From Callorhinchus milii (Eukaryota): 64,000 bases of DNA. Positions 1 to 11,466 of the stretch are shown here, in pieces. How positions within the stretch are numbered: the first letter of the stretch is position 1; every line of letters starts with the position of its first letter. Both the position numbers and the translations under genes were made by a program. A model generated the notes under the pieces. That model did not search any database, was not told the DNA's origin, and saw only the letters and a program-made list of their open reading frames with translations. The stretch spans positions 68,016,001-68,080,000 of the forward strand of contig NW_024704742.1 in NCBI RefSeq assembly GCF_018977255.1. Direction: 5' to 3'.

Positions 1-244
1 CCCTTGTCTATCTGTATAATGTTACATCTTACAAACACGAACAGATTGGAGCATTATACAAAATAATTCTTGCATTTAATATATATTTGACACACGACCA
101 GCAAAACTGAACCACCTTTAAAGCAAATAATTCTCGAGAATTTATAAAGGCAGAAAACTTGACAGAGCATTATTTGCCAATCTATTTCAGATATGAACAA
201 CAACAAATTACATTTATCTTACGCCCTTCATCTGGCTCTCTTTA

Positions 245-830
245 TGATAATGATCCTCGCATTTGATATATCACCTTATCACATTGTTGAGACGTCTCAA
301 AGTGCTTCACAGAATTTTACTGTAAAGTGTAGTGACTGTATTACTAGGTGAACCCAGCGGCCAATTTACATTGAGCAAAGTCCTACAAATGAAGCAAACT
401 TTATAACTTTAAAATATACATTAAAATATACTTTATAATTTAGAGACAAAAATATTCAGATTAAAACTGCTATCCATGAAATGGGGCGACTGAGTGCATT
501 TTGTGGCAAAATGCAGCAGCCAATTTGCAGAATTGTCCCACAAACAACCATAGACCAGTTTTATTTCAGGGATTGTTGGCCAGGGCACTGAGAGAGAGAA
601 ACTCTGTTATATTTTTGAATAGTGCCATGGGATCTTTAACGTCCAACTGGATGGGCAGATGGGAACTTGGTTTAACAACGCATCCAACGGACTGCACCTC
701 TGACAATGCAGCTCACGCCTAGCACTGCATTGGAGTGTGATTTAGACTGTGCAAGTACCAAGTCCTGACATGGGGCTTGAACCCACAAACTACTGACTCA
801 AAGACAAGCACTACCAACTGTGTCAGACTG
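245..830 (-). mobile_element. DeuSINE-type (SacSINE1/AmnSINE-like core) SINE and adjacent SINE tail
   Basis: Minus strand has a tRNA-like head, then ggacgttaaagatcccatggcactattcaa (Deu-domain-like core), then the shared 3' body. Confidence 0.7.
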
Positions 831-2548
831 GGGACAGCAGGATTTAGTTATTGACTTACAATGGCGATGACAGATTTGATGTGCCAGTTAACGCGTCGTA
901 CATGTCTTTTTGAAGGTAGAGCGGCCAAATCTACACATATTCCAAAATGTTGAACTATGCAAATGTAAAGTAGCTGTTTTTGACATGTTGCCAAAAACCT
1001 TTGAGAAGTATCCCATTGTGCAACAAACTTTGCTTCATATTAGCTCAATACCTTCAGTAAGTAGTGAATATTCACCTTGAAATCTTTTGCTTTACTAATT
1101 GAGTTTCTTAAATGCACTAGTTGTCTCTCTGTCATCTATCTCATTGTTGAGCCACAGCAACGTGCATTGTAGCTTCACGAAGTATAAAGCAATGCTCATT
1201 GCTATCACACAAAATGTTGGAAATTGGGGTCTAATTTGTGGAATTTCTTGATGAAATTCCTTATTCCCTCCTCATCAACATTCACCCCCAAAATACTCAT
1301 TAGTTGACTGCTCATCTCATTTCTGGCTGTGTCCCACAAGCTGATGCAAATTAGTCTCCACAAAAATATTCAGATCATTTCTAACTGTTTCCATTCAGTG
1401 CTTTGAGACAAGTTCTATATGTGAAAGGCGCTTTAAATAAATGTCAGTTGTTGTTGTCTTCACTTCCCATTCTAACACTAATTTTCCTTCACAAAGGTAA
1501 GAACTATTATTTGAAGTAAACACTAACTGTATGAAGACAGTGGTTTGACTTTAAGTATAAGTATTGTCCCCACAAACACATATCACCCTCATCTCGGGTG
1601 CCCATCCAGCAATGTTAAGCACTTTTAGACATTCTCCTGATGTGAAATGCTCTTTATAAACTACATTAAATTGCATTGCTCCAGTGTATAGATGCTATAT
1701 CAAATGACAAAATTCTAATTGTATTATTATTATTATTTGATGTGTTATCAAATACACATAAAGTTCATTTTTACAGTGCCTGATCCTGTCAAAATACTCC
1801 AAAGTGCTTCCTGGTAATTATTGGCAAGTGCAGTGACTGTTTTTTTGATAAAAGTGATTGCTGATTTACACACAGATACAATCCACAGGGCTTGCAAGAA
1901 AAGCAAATACTACCAATTAAGTTTGGTTGAAATCTGACATAGAGAACCATCCAATTAAAAAACAATATAAAGAAAATACACAGGGATACTATGAAAACTT
2001 CAGAAAAATACACAAAGTACTAACGAATCACAGGGAAACTGCACAGTTTATCAGGATCCCCGGATTTCAATTACTAGTCTGCTGGGAGTGGTATCACTTG
2101 GTGCCAGCATTGCTACCCATTGCAGGAATATTAAAACTAACTTTGTTTTTAAGATATCAAATGTTTATCAAATGCATACAGTAGAATTTAAAATACAATT
2201 TACATTTATGCAGCACCTTTCATGTCGGGGGGATGTTTCAAAGTGCTTAAATGTTGGGTTTTGATTGGGTCTGACTTATTGCTTCCCCCCTACCCCACTC
2301 TCTTCAATTAAACGCTACGATTTCATGAAACGTACTACAGTATATCAATGCACGTCAACATTACTGGATTGTGGAGTGACTGAAGGTGTTCAACAGCAGT
2401 GACATTGATTCTTAACCTGAAACTCTCTCCTGGAGGTGGTTTCATGACTAGTTCCAAACAGAATTATTGTCATTTTCTGTCTCTCTCACAAGCTGCTCTA
2501 CACTTTTAGTGTCAATTCAACTCGGAAACTGCATCAAAGAGGCACGTA

Positions 2549-2561
2549 CTATGTAGGACGA
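2549..2561 (-). CDS. CD8B: Candidate CD8B terminal coding exon (S)RPT-stop, 13 nt
   Basis: Best acceptor found downstream (ttatctatttatactgcag). The phase-2 join gives AGT CGT CCT ACA TAG and a 210-aa product. Alternatives exist (read-through RSVM*, or the exon at 860-930). Confidence 0.5.
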
Positions 2562-5500
2562 CTGCAGTATAAATAGATAATAATAAATGAATTATCGGTG
2601 GGAGTGGGGCAGAAAGGACAAAGAGCGAGGCTGTCTGTTACATTTGTCATGGTTTTAACCTTCTTTTATAACGCGGACAATTATTGACAGTGACACAACG
2701 TGGTCATTCTTCAAACAGGTACAGCTTTAGTCTTACGAAAATTGCCTTAAAATTTAACATTGTAATAATAATAATAATACTTGCATTTGATATAGTGCCT
2801 TATCACGTTGTGAAGACGTCTCAAAGCGCTTCACAGAATATACTGTAAAGCGAATTGACTGTATACTTTGTGGGCAAAATGTGGCAGCTAATTCATGAAT
2901 CAATTAATGAATGAATAATTAATTAATACAGTATTTGGGGGTGGGAGCAGAGGGGAATTCTTCAATTCAGTCTTAATTTTGGAGCCAGTTCTTATAAAAG
3001 TCTTTATAAGGAGGTTGGGTTTCCGCAGTTCTTGAAAAAAACCTTTCAAATTCAGATTAAATTCAAGAACGTGGCAAAATTCAGCAAAATCTTACATTTT
3101 AGGAGATGCATAAAGACCCTGAGGAATGAGGATCTTCTCCGCACGGACCCCGACCCCTACCTCGTCAATTCCCCCTGCTTCTAAAATGTATCTTCAATCT
3201 GGTTATATCAAAACATCAATTCAAAGCAAATGTATTCCCAAACGAATGTACAGCCGATCTCGAACAACAACAACTTGCATTTATATAGCGTCCCTCAAGT
3301 GGGATAGCATCTCGGAGCACTTACTACAATAGGTTCCAGGCTCTATTACATATAAATATTTATAGAATAATAGAATCCTACGGCACAAAAGGAGGCCATT
3401 CGGCCCATCGTGCCTGTGCCGGCTCTCCCACTCCCCCATTCTTTTCCATAGTATGACAGTAACGAGTTAGAGATTTCACATCACTGACCTCTTCCGAAAA
3501 TGGTGACGGCATCGCCTTCGACGATCTAGAAAGGAAAGTCAAACATTGCTCTTGTTAGAAACATTAGCAATCTCAGCACTGCAGGGGCTACTGCCCCCAC
3601 CTCAGCTATTTACTATACAATACAATTAGGAGAGGTTTTGAAAGAGAGTAACAATAGAGAAACAATTTCCACTGGTGGGTGGGTTGTTAACCAGAGGGCA
3701 CAGATTTGAGATAATTGGCAAAAGAACCAGAGCGGACACAAGGAGGATCCTTTTTACGCAGCAAGTTGTTACGATCTGGAATACGCTGCTTGAAAGGGTG
3801 GTGGAAGCAAATTCAATAATAACTTTCAAAAGGCAATCCTAACTCTAAAGCTATTTAGAGTGAATGAACAGGATAAATAAATGCATTGGGTTATAAATTC
3901 ACATTGCTATATCAGCAAATTAACATGAGGTGAACGGTCAAAGCAATTTATCCGATAGTACTTAATACTAAATGAGGGAGAAAGGAATAGAGGAATAAGA
4001 GAGAAAGGATTAGGAAGGGTGCAGCTTATATGGAGTATAATCACCGGCATGGACTAGTTGGGGCTGAATGACCTGTTTCTGTGCTGTCAAGTTCTAATCA
4101 ATTCTATGTACTGAGCGTATTTTAACTTACTTCTATGATGGATGACAACAGTAGCGATGGAAATGAGCAACAACGCAATGACTGCGATGAATGGACTCCA
4201 GACTATCCAGCCACATTTGAGCTCTGAAATAATAATAATAATAAATAAATTATAATAATTTTTAGGAAGCTCAAATATATCAAGAAAGGTAACATCCATT
4301 CATAGGTTAAGTGGTAGTGTTATTGGTCTGGCTGACCATCACTGAAAAACATTTAAAAATGACCTCTATAGATTGATTTAAACTGTAATAACATAATAAT
4401 AATAAAAATAATAATAATAATCCTTACATATAATACAGCTCCTTTCATGTCGGAAGGACAACTCAAAGTGCTTCACAAGATTTACTGTAAATTGTAGTAA
4501 CTGTGTTTTTTGTGGACAAACAAGATAGCCAGTTTGTGCAGAAATGTTTGCCAAACAGCCATGAAGTGAGTGACCACTTTTATTTTGTGTACTGTTAGAC
4601 AGGACACTAGGAAAGAGAAACTCTTTTCTCTTTTCGAATTGTTCAATGACATCTTTAACATCTATCTGATCGGGCAGACGGGACCTTGGTTTAATGTCTC
4701 ATCCGAAAGACGGCACTTCCGATAATGCAGCACTCCCCCAGCACTGCACTAGAGTGTCGGCTTAGACTGTGTGATTCCAAGTCCTGCCATGTGGTTTGAA
4801 CCCACAGCCATCTGGCTCATAGACGAGAGTGCTACCAACTGAGCCAGGCTAACATACAATAAACAAATCCTGCACATTATATCAAACCGGCTGTGGGACA
4901 GAAATGATCTCTTCAGCTTTATAGATAAGAGTCCATTTTGTAAACAGCTGCGGTATTTAGTATTATAATATAGGACTAGCACTACTATTGGGGAATACTG
5001 TAACAGTCCTGTAGCTCAGCAGTTAGAGCACTCGCTTTGCAAGTGAGAGACCTGAGTTCAATCCCAGGCAGGGCAAAACCTTGGGCAAGTTTCCTTACTC
5101 CACACAGAGCCTAATAATAATCCCTCCAAAACCAAAAACAATAATAAATTGGTCATTTTCAATCTACGACTGTTTGTGGGACATTGCTGTGTGCAATTGG
5201 CTGCCGCGTTACGTCCACAAATATACAGTCAATTCACTTTACAGTATATTCTGTGAAGCGCTTTGGAAGGTCCAGAAGATGCGAAAAGCACTATATCAAA
5301 TGCAAGGATTACTATTTATTATTATTACATGATCAACCAAGACAATCTGAAACCGTTTATATCATAGCTCTCAATCATTTCTTGACTGTTTGTGGGACAC
5401 TGCTGTGCGCATTTGGCTGTTGTGTTTCGCCCGCAAAATATTCTGTCAATTCACTTTGCAGTATACTCTGTGAAGCGGTTTGAGACGTTTCGAAGACGTG

Positions 5501-8500
5501 ATAAAGCGCTATATCAAATGTAAGGATTATATTATGTATATATTATTTGCCCGTCGCTGCTAAAAATCCACACCTTGGCATTTTCCTGCAGCTGTTACTG
5601 TGCAAAATGTTATTGAGGATCTGTTACTGTGCAAAATTCTACAGCAAAAGGCTAATGTTTAGTCTTAACCCATTTAAAGCAATTCTTTTTCAATTAAAAG
5701 CGCTTAATCCCAACCCGTAGCTCGGGTGCAAACACCTCATTGTCCAGCACCTTGAGACGTCTCCTGCTGTGAAGGGCGCTATATAAATGCAATTTGTTGT
5801 TGTTAATAAAAAACAGTTTTCCTCACATTGCCTTTCCAGATAAAATCCTGCCTGTGTGATGCAATGTGGCAAATATACAGTCACTACACTTCACAGTGAA
5901 ATCCTGTGGAGTACTTTGAGACGTCCTGGTGATGAGATAAGGCGCTATATGAATATCATGGATTATCATTATTACCATTATATATATAATATTCCTGGTT
6001 TAGTTTACACTATTAGTGTATGTGCATGTGCAATGCAGTACATCTTGATCTCTGTCCCCAATGGACGAGGCAAGGCTACACTGCGCTACACTACACAGAT
6101 TGATCCACAAGGTATTGAAACACATTAGATGCACATGACCGACTTTCCAAACTGATCAATCATCTTTGCAAGAACGCCTGCCAGTCAGTCATTAGGAATT
6201 CAAAGAAACATAAGAACATAGGAATTGCTAGATAAAAGAAGATCAAGGTCCATCCAGTTCATCTTCCATCATCCTGGCAGTCGCATGAACATGTCATGTC
6301 CCAAACTATATCCTGTATCCCAAGATATTATTTCCTAACAGAAATCTATCTAATTTGTTTTTGAAAGAATCTACACTTTCTGCTTCCACCGTTTCCTGAC
6401 AGACCCTGTTCCATACTCGCTTACTGAAATAGTGTTTGCATCAAAACAAAACAACAGAAATGCCCTTTCATTGTGCAAGGAATGAATCGGGGGGTACAAT
6501 AACATTTCAATGAGTTTCACCTTTAAATAAAAGTAACTGCAGTGCATTGCTGAGCTGTGGGGAAAGGTCAGGGATTGGAACAGTTACCGTGTGTAGAACT
6601 GCATCGCTTCAGCCAAACTGTTGAAATTATTCTTCAATGGGTTTATTTGTTGAAAAGGGAAACGTGTATGTGTGTTTCCCCCTCATTATCCGTTATCCGT
6701 GGGTTGTTTTACTCAAATGGTGTCCGCAAAAATGTTGTTATATTTATTTTCAGAGAGACGCTCAGTGTGTGGGTACTGGGTACAGATCCTTGGTTAGTAA
6801 GATTAGTGGAGTTGCTGGTGCAATAGGAGCAAAGTTTTGCCTACAAAATACACAGTCAATCCACATTACAGTATATTTTGTGGAGGAAATTGCTACCAAG
6901 TGACTGTGATTTGCAGGAAAAGGCGCAGCCTGTTTGCCCCAGGAGCAATGTCTCATATCGAGCCATGGAGTGAATGATCAATTGATTTGGAAGAGTTTGG
7001 CTGGGACAATAAGATGTAGATACAATAACAATAATCCTTGCATTTGATATAGCGCCTTATCATGTCATTAAGACGTCTCAAAGTTGGTCACAGAATATAC
7101 TGTAAAGTGGATTGACTATGGGCGAAAAAATCATAAAATGGGGCATTTAAAACCAGTGACCGCAAATTGCAACTTCCTTCTCTTAAAAAGAGAACAACAT
7201 TATCCAACTTCAGTGTTGTCTCTCCGAATGCCGATTATTATTTGGACAAAACAAATGCGCAGTTTTTTTAATAAAGAGCAAAAGTTGGAGAAACATTAAA
7301 GTTATTAAAAATATCTTCTCCCTGATGCCTTACTCACTCTGAACCCGATTTAAGAGATGATACAAACTTATTCAAAATATTCCCACTCCTATCCTTGGCA
7401 TGTAAATTTAACTCCAAAGAGGAGGCAGTACATTTTACGCAGCCATTAATATAATACTAATTATTATTATTATTATAATAACAACAATAATAATAGTCAC
7501 CAGAAGAATAGCAAAATCTTGACTTCCTGCAAAAAGTAGCTATTTTAAGAAGCTCAAATCAGAAGTCCTTACTCATAGAGTTTTTAATTATTAATTATGT
7601 TATTTTTTTAATTTCTTAGAGTGAGCAGCTATTACAGGAAATGTCTTTCATTGCGTTCGTGAAAGTTTTTGTCATCGAGTTGATATGTGTAAACTCGTAC
7701 ATGGCATGTAATTTGAATATCTCTGAGTAAGGACTTCTGATTCACCTGTATATTAAGAAAAGTAACATGGGAACAGCTAGACAGAAAATATCCATCTAAT
7801 CCACCTTCTACCATCCTGGTAGTCGCATGCTACAATAATGGAGATGCTGATAGCAATTATTCTATATGGATTAATCTACAACACAATCTTAGATCCAAAG
7901 TTCCCTGTTTCTTCCAAGCCATACCACCATACTTAGTATATGTTGTGTCTCAAATTACTCATATACTGTACACCTCTTTGTATATAAAGTGTCAGTGTTA
8001 TTGGTCTGGTTGACCCATCACTGAAAAGCATTTAGAAATTACCTCTATGGAGTGATTTAAACTGTAATAACATAATAATAGTAACAATAATATTAATAAT
8101 AAGTATCCAGGTCAGGATTGTTCAATACTGGTGAGCCAGCCAAGCCTCTCTTATTATTATTATCATCATTATTATTATTATCATCATCATCATCATCATC
8201 ATTATCATTATTATTATTATTATATCAATGGTTGGGTAAAATGTACTGCCTCCGCCTTGGAGTTAAAGGTACATGTGAAGGAGAGGAATAGATTGGTTGG
8301 CTCACCAGCACTGAACAATCCTGCTTTGCTGGGGAATGAGGCACAGTAAGGTGATGGCATTTACAAAACTCAGCTTCCGAGCCAATCTTACCATTGTTTT
8401 CCTTGCGAGTCTTGGGTTTACGAGGTATCGATTTACGCCGAGTAGTTGTAGAAGGCGGTGAAGTCACTTTCTGTTTCTCTGTAACTGAGATGAAATGGGA

Positions 8501-10911
8501 CATTGTTTTCTTTGAGGTCTGTTGCTTGCTTTTACTTAAATATTTTCTTCCTCTCGCATCCCCCTCCCCACCTTCAAAAATAAACTACCCACCCAACAAC
8601 AAGAAAGAAAATTAACAGTAAACCCATCAATATGAAGGGCCCCTGAGATATCAACACTCTCCCGCCACCAGTAACGATTCACACTGATACACACCTGGCA
8701 AAGGAGAGTAAATTATTGTAAGAATTCAATCGAACCTTGAAGAAAATAGGGGGTGATTGAACTGATAGAAATTAGTTGTAATAATCCCTTAAAAAAAATT
8801 GATAAAATAATAATAATTTGGTCACTCAATCCACGGCTGTTTGTGGTGCACTGTAGTACGCAAATGGCTGCTGTGTTTTGTCCATAAAATATATACAGTT
8901 GATTCACTTTACAGTATATTCTATGAAGTGCTTTGACACTTCTCAACAATGTGATAAGGCGCTATATCAAATGCAAGGATTATTATTATTATTTTATTGT
9001 TATGTAAGACAAAGTGCACTGATTATCTGCATTGGGAAGGCCATATGTACACATGGTACAAAACGTTATTGAACCCACAGACACTGCTGAATTTCACACC
9101 ATTTTTCTAAGCCGATGTTTCTAAAAGGGCAAAGTTAGGTGCACCAGCATAAAAATAATAATAATAATAATAATCCTTGTGTTTGATATCGCGCCTTCTC
9201 ATGTTGTTGAGATGTCTCAAAGCACTTCACAGGATACACTGCAAAGTGGTTTGACTGTTTTTTTGTGAATTTAATGCGTGTTCCTTGAATCTGAATCTAA
9301 CCGCCCACCTCCCCACCCAAAACAAACACACACACACCCGCCCTGGAATGGAGCTTAGTGCCTGGTCTTAACCTATGCAAGGATTTTCACTTTTTGCTCT
9401 GCTAACTTTGAAAGCTTTGCAATGTGACAAGAGAGGCCACTAACCCACTTTGAGCTGGATTGCACTTCCCCAGAGGTATTTCTTAGGCAGTAGGCAGTGA
9501 TAGGTGCCGCTGTCATTGAGGTGCAAGTTGTTTATGGTCAAACTGAAGGAGCTTTGAAAGTTGCTTCTGCTGATGGTGAAGCGTTCATCTATGAACTCCG
9601 CTCGGGTGAGCTTATCCAGGACAGTGCCGGAGATCACAAACTGCGGGTTGCCGTCTTCACGCATTCTCAACCAAAACACCTCCAGTTGTTGTAAATCTTC
9701 TCCCTTTAGTTTACAGGAGAGTTCAGCACGCTCGCCTTTAACCATGATTTTAAATTTGTCAGTCGGTTCTAAGGTCGATGACATTGTCCTGGAAAGACCT
9801 GTTGAGAGAAAGAGAGAAAATATTTTTGTTTGTTAAAAAAATCTCCTCATAAAATTTCCCTAAAGTATTCCTACACACTAACACACTCACTATATACTCT
9901 ACACGCAAACCCGTCCTTTTCTCTTCCAGAAAAAGTTAATATCTCATCGCTTGGAAGTCCTAAATAATAATGATAAAATAAAGTTTTATTGCATTTGATA
10001 TAGCGCCTTTCCCGTCTAAGAAAAGTATAATGCCTGCAGTTCATTTTAATACTAAGTAAACATTAATGAATGCAAATACAAAATGTGTAAAATAATAATA
10101 TAACATAATAATCGTTGCATTTGATATAGCTCCTTATCTCATCGTTAAGATGCCTCAAAGAGCTTTACAGAATATACTGTAAAGTGAATTGACTGTATAT
10201 TTTGTGGGCAAAATGTGTAAATATATGTACGTGTACAAATATTAATTACCCCCAATTATATGTAACATTTTCTATAACCAATTTCCCTGATGCTATAGGA
10301 TTTACACACTCATATATATTGTAAGTTATACTAAGTAACTACTAAGTAAATATTAATGGATGTAAATACAAAATATGTAATAATAATAATAATAATCCTT
10401 GCATTTGATATAGCGCTTTTCACATCGGGAGGACATCCCAAAGCGCTTCACAGAACACACTGTAAAGTGAATTGACTGTATATTTGTGGATGAACGCGGC
10501 AGCCAATTGCGCACAGCAATGTCCCACAAACAGTCGTAGATTGAAAATGACCAAAAAGCACAAATATTAATTTCTATACCAATTTCCCTGGTGCTACAGG
10601 TTGGAGCGAAATCCACTAACTTTGCATTTTACTCCTGTAAAAAATATCCCCATATCTGACTGGATTTCAGCAGCAATTCTCCTACAGCCAATGCCTGTAC
10701 TGGCACATAGAATCCTACAGCACAGAAGGAGGTCATTCAGCCCATTGTGCCTGTGCCGGTTCTTTGAAAGTGCTTTCCAATTAATCCCACTCCCCCACTC
10801 TTAACCCATAGCAAATTTTTCCTTTTCAAGTATTTTCAACATTGCGATTTATTTGTGAGCCTACTTACTTAAACAGCATCTCAACATGAAGAGATATTTC
10901 AGCAGCTTCAT
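2549..10911 (-). CDS. CD8B: T-cell surface glycoprotein CD8 beta chain-like; join(10911-10869, 9798-9445, 8484-8392, 4223-4131, 3525-3489, 2561-2549), 633 nt, about 210 aa
   Basis: Six exons with GT-AG boundaries and consistent phases (1,1,1,1,2). They give leader [19 protein letters not shown], an Ig V domain, a T/S/P stalk, ELKC plus a hydrophobic TM, and tail [12 protein letters not shown](S)RPT. Beta rather than alpha is favoured by the J-like G strand (WGSAIQLKV) and by the position directly downstream of, and co-oriented with, KRCC1, as in the mouse Krcc1-Cd8b1-Cd8a order. The last exon is the least certain. Confidence 0.8.
3489..3525 (-). CDS. CD8B: CD8B exon 5, cytoplasmic (N)[11 protein letters not shown], 37 nt
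   Basis: Acceptor gactttcctttctag, donor AG|GTCAGT (phase 2); poly-Arg stop-transfer plus CxH motif. Confidence 0.85.
3626..4090 (+). mobile_element. Degraded CR1 3' end in CD8B intron 4
   Basis: TRGHRFEI...[12 protein letters not shown] and the gggctgaatgacctgtttctgtgctgt tail. Confidence 0.75.
4131..4223 (-). CDS. CD8B: CD8B exon 4, transmembrane (E)[30 protein letters not shown], 93 nt
   Basis: Acceptor ttattattatttcag, donor A|GTAAGT. Membrane-proximal Cys and the C-x-x-x-x-W-x-P pattern seen in CD8 TM segments. Confidence 0.88.
4410..4850 (-). mobile_element. DeuSINE-type SINE
   Basis: Head agcctggctcagttggtagcactctcgtct...gggttcaaacc; core gtgccgtctttcggatgagacattaaaccaaggtccc. Confidence 0.75.
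5005..5327 (+). mobile_element. Full-length tRNA-derived SINE (family A) in CD8B intron 3
   Basis: A box (tagctcagcagttagagc), B box (gagttcaatccc), conserved body, L2-like tail gcactatatcaaatgcaagg(att)n. Confidence 0.9.
7557..7742. repeat. Element bounded by a perfect 19-bp inverted repeat (MITE-like)
   Basis: aatcagaagtccttactca at 7557-7575 and its reverse complement at 7724-7742. Confidence 0.7.
8150..8223. repeat. (TAT)n/(CAT)n compound microsatellite
   Basis: Direct reading. Confidence 0.9.
8392..8484 (-). CDS. CD8B: CD8B exon 3, stalk/hinge (V)[30 protein letters not shown], 93 nt
   Basis: Acceptor tcccatttcatctcag, donor G|GTAAGA, phase 1-1; Thr/Ser/Pro-rich then basic. Confidence 0.85.
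9445..9798 (-). CDS. CD8B: CD8B exon 2, Ig V-set domain, 354 nt
   Basis: Acceptor ttttctctctttctctcaacag. V-set motifs [30 protein letters not shown] and WGSAIQLKV. Donor G|GTTAGT. Confidence 0.92.
10869..10911 (-). CDS. CD8B: CD8B exon 1 (signal peptide [14 protein letters not shown]), 43 nt
   Basis: ATG at 10911 (context AAC ATG A), hydrophobic leader, strong phase-1 donor A|GTAAGT at 10868 in frame with the V exon. Confidence 0.8.
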
Positions 10912-11125
10912 GTTGTCCTGGTGAGGCTGACAGTCAGACGGGGCTGTGACAGGCTCTGGCTGCTGCTAACTAACTCAGCCAACTAACAGGAGGAGCTTCT
11001 AACGCTCAGCTCCACACACTGAGCATCCAGCCCTGGGGGTAGGTTCACCCACGTACCCCACTCCACCATCTGCCAACAGCTTCTCCAGGCTTTACCAACT
11101 CTGAGAGTGGAATCATAGAATTGTA

Positions 11126-11466
11126 CAGGGTGTTCACAAAGTCCTGTTACCCTCCTGTTTTTTTTACAATGAATTTTTATTTTCTGTTGTAGATGAGTCA
11201 AGTTCAACAATGTCTGACACCAGTAATTTCCTCCTCCCTCCATCCATGTTACGGAAGATGTCACAACAAACATGGTGTTGGATCATTATCTGCCATGAAA
11301 ATGATGGAGCTCACACACACCAAATCTCTGGACATCTAAATACAGTTAAACACTTGTACTGAATACAATTAAGTACTTTTAAATACAATTATCACCATTC
11401 TTCCAGTTGTTGGTCTGGTCACTGTGTAAAAAAAAGTGGGGGTAACAGGACTTTATGAATAGCCTG
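11126..11466. mobile_element. Tc1/mariner-type MITE
   Basis: 27-bp TIRs cagggtgttcacaaagtcctgttaccc / caggctattcataaagtcctgttaccc (3 mismatches), flanked by TA on both sides. Confidence 0.85.

Noticed and set aside
2951..3180. Exon-like stretch 3096-3180 as a CD8B cytoplasmic exon
   Set aside because: Weak acceptor and an early stop in the required phase. The region has ggggaatt...aattcccc ends and resembles 44610-44700, so it is probably a degraded repeat.
8131..8349. Poly-Tyr/His ORF; likewise 14020-14307 and 59332-59706
   Set aside because: Microsatellite or low-complexity translations.
8225..8391. Read-through of the stalk exon giving ...AEFCKCHH... (CxC/CxH-like) and a possible soluble isoform
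   Set aside because: It lies past a strong G|GTAAGA donor. The only later donor (CTG|GTGAGC) is phase 0 and hits stops in the TM exon, and the motif would be extracellular.
9440..9798. V exon as a rearranging Ig/TCR V segment
   Set aside because: It includes the G strand in the germline, ends in a splice donor, and shows no heptamer/nonamer RSS.
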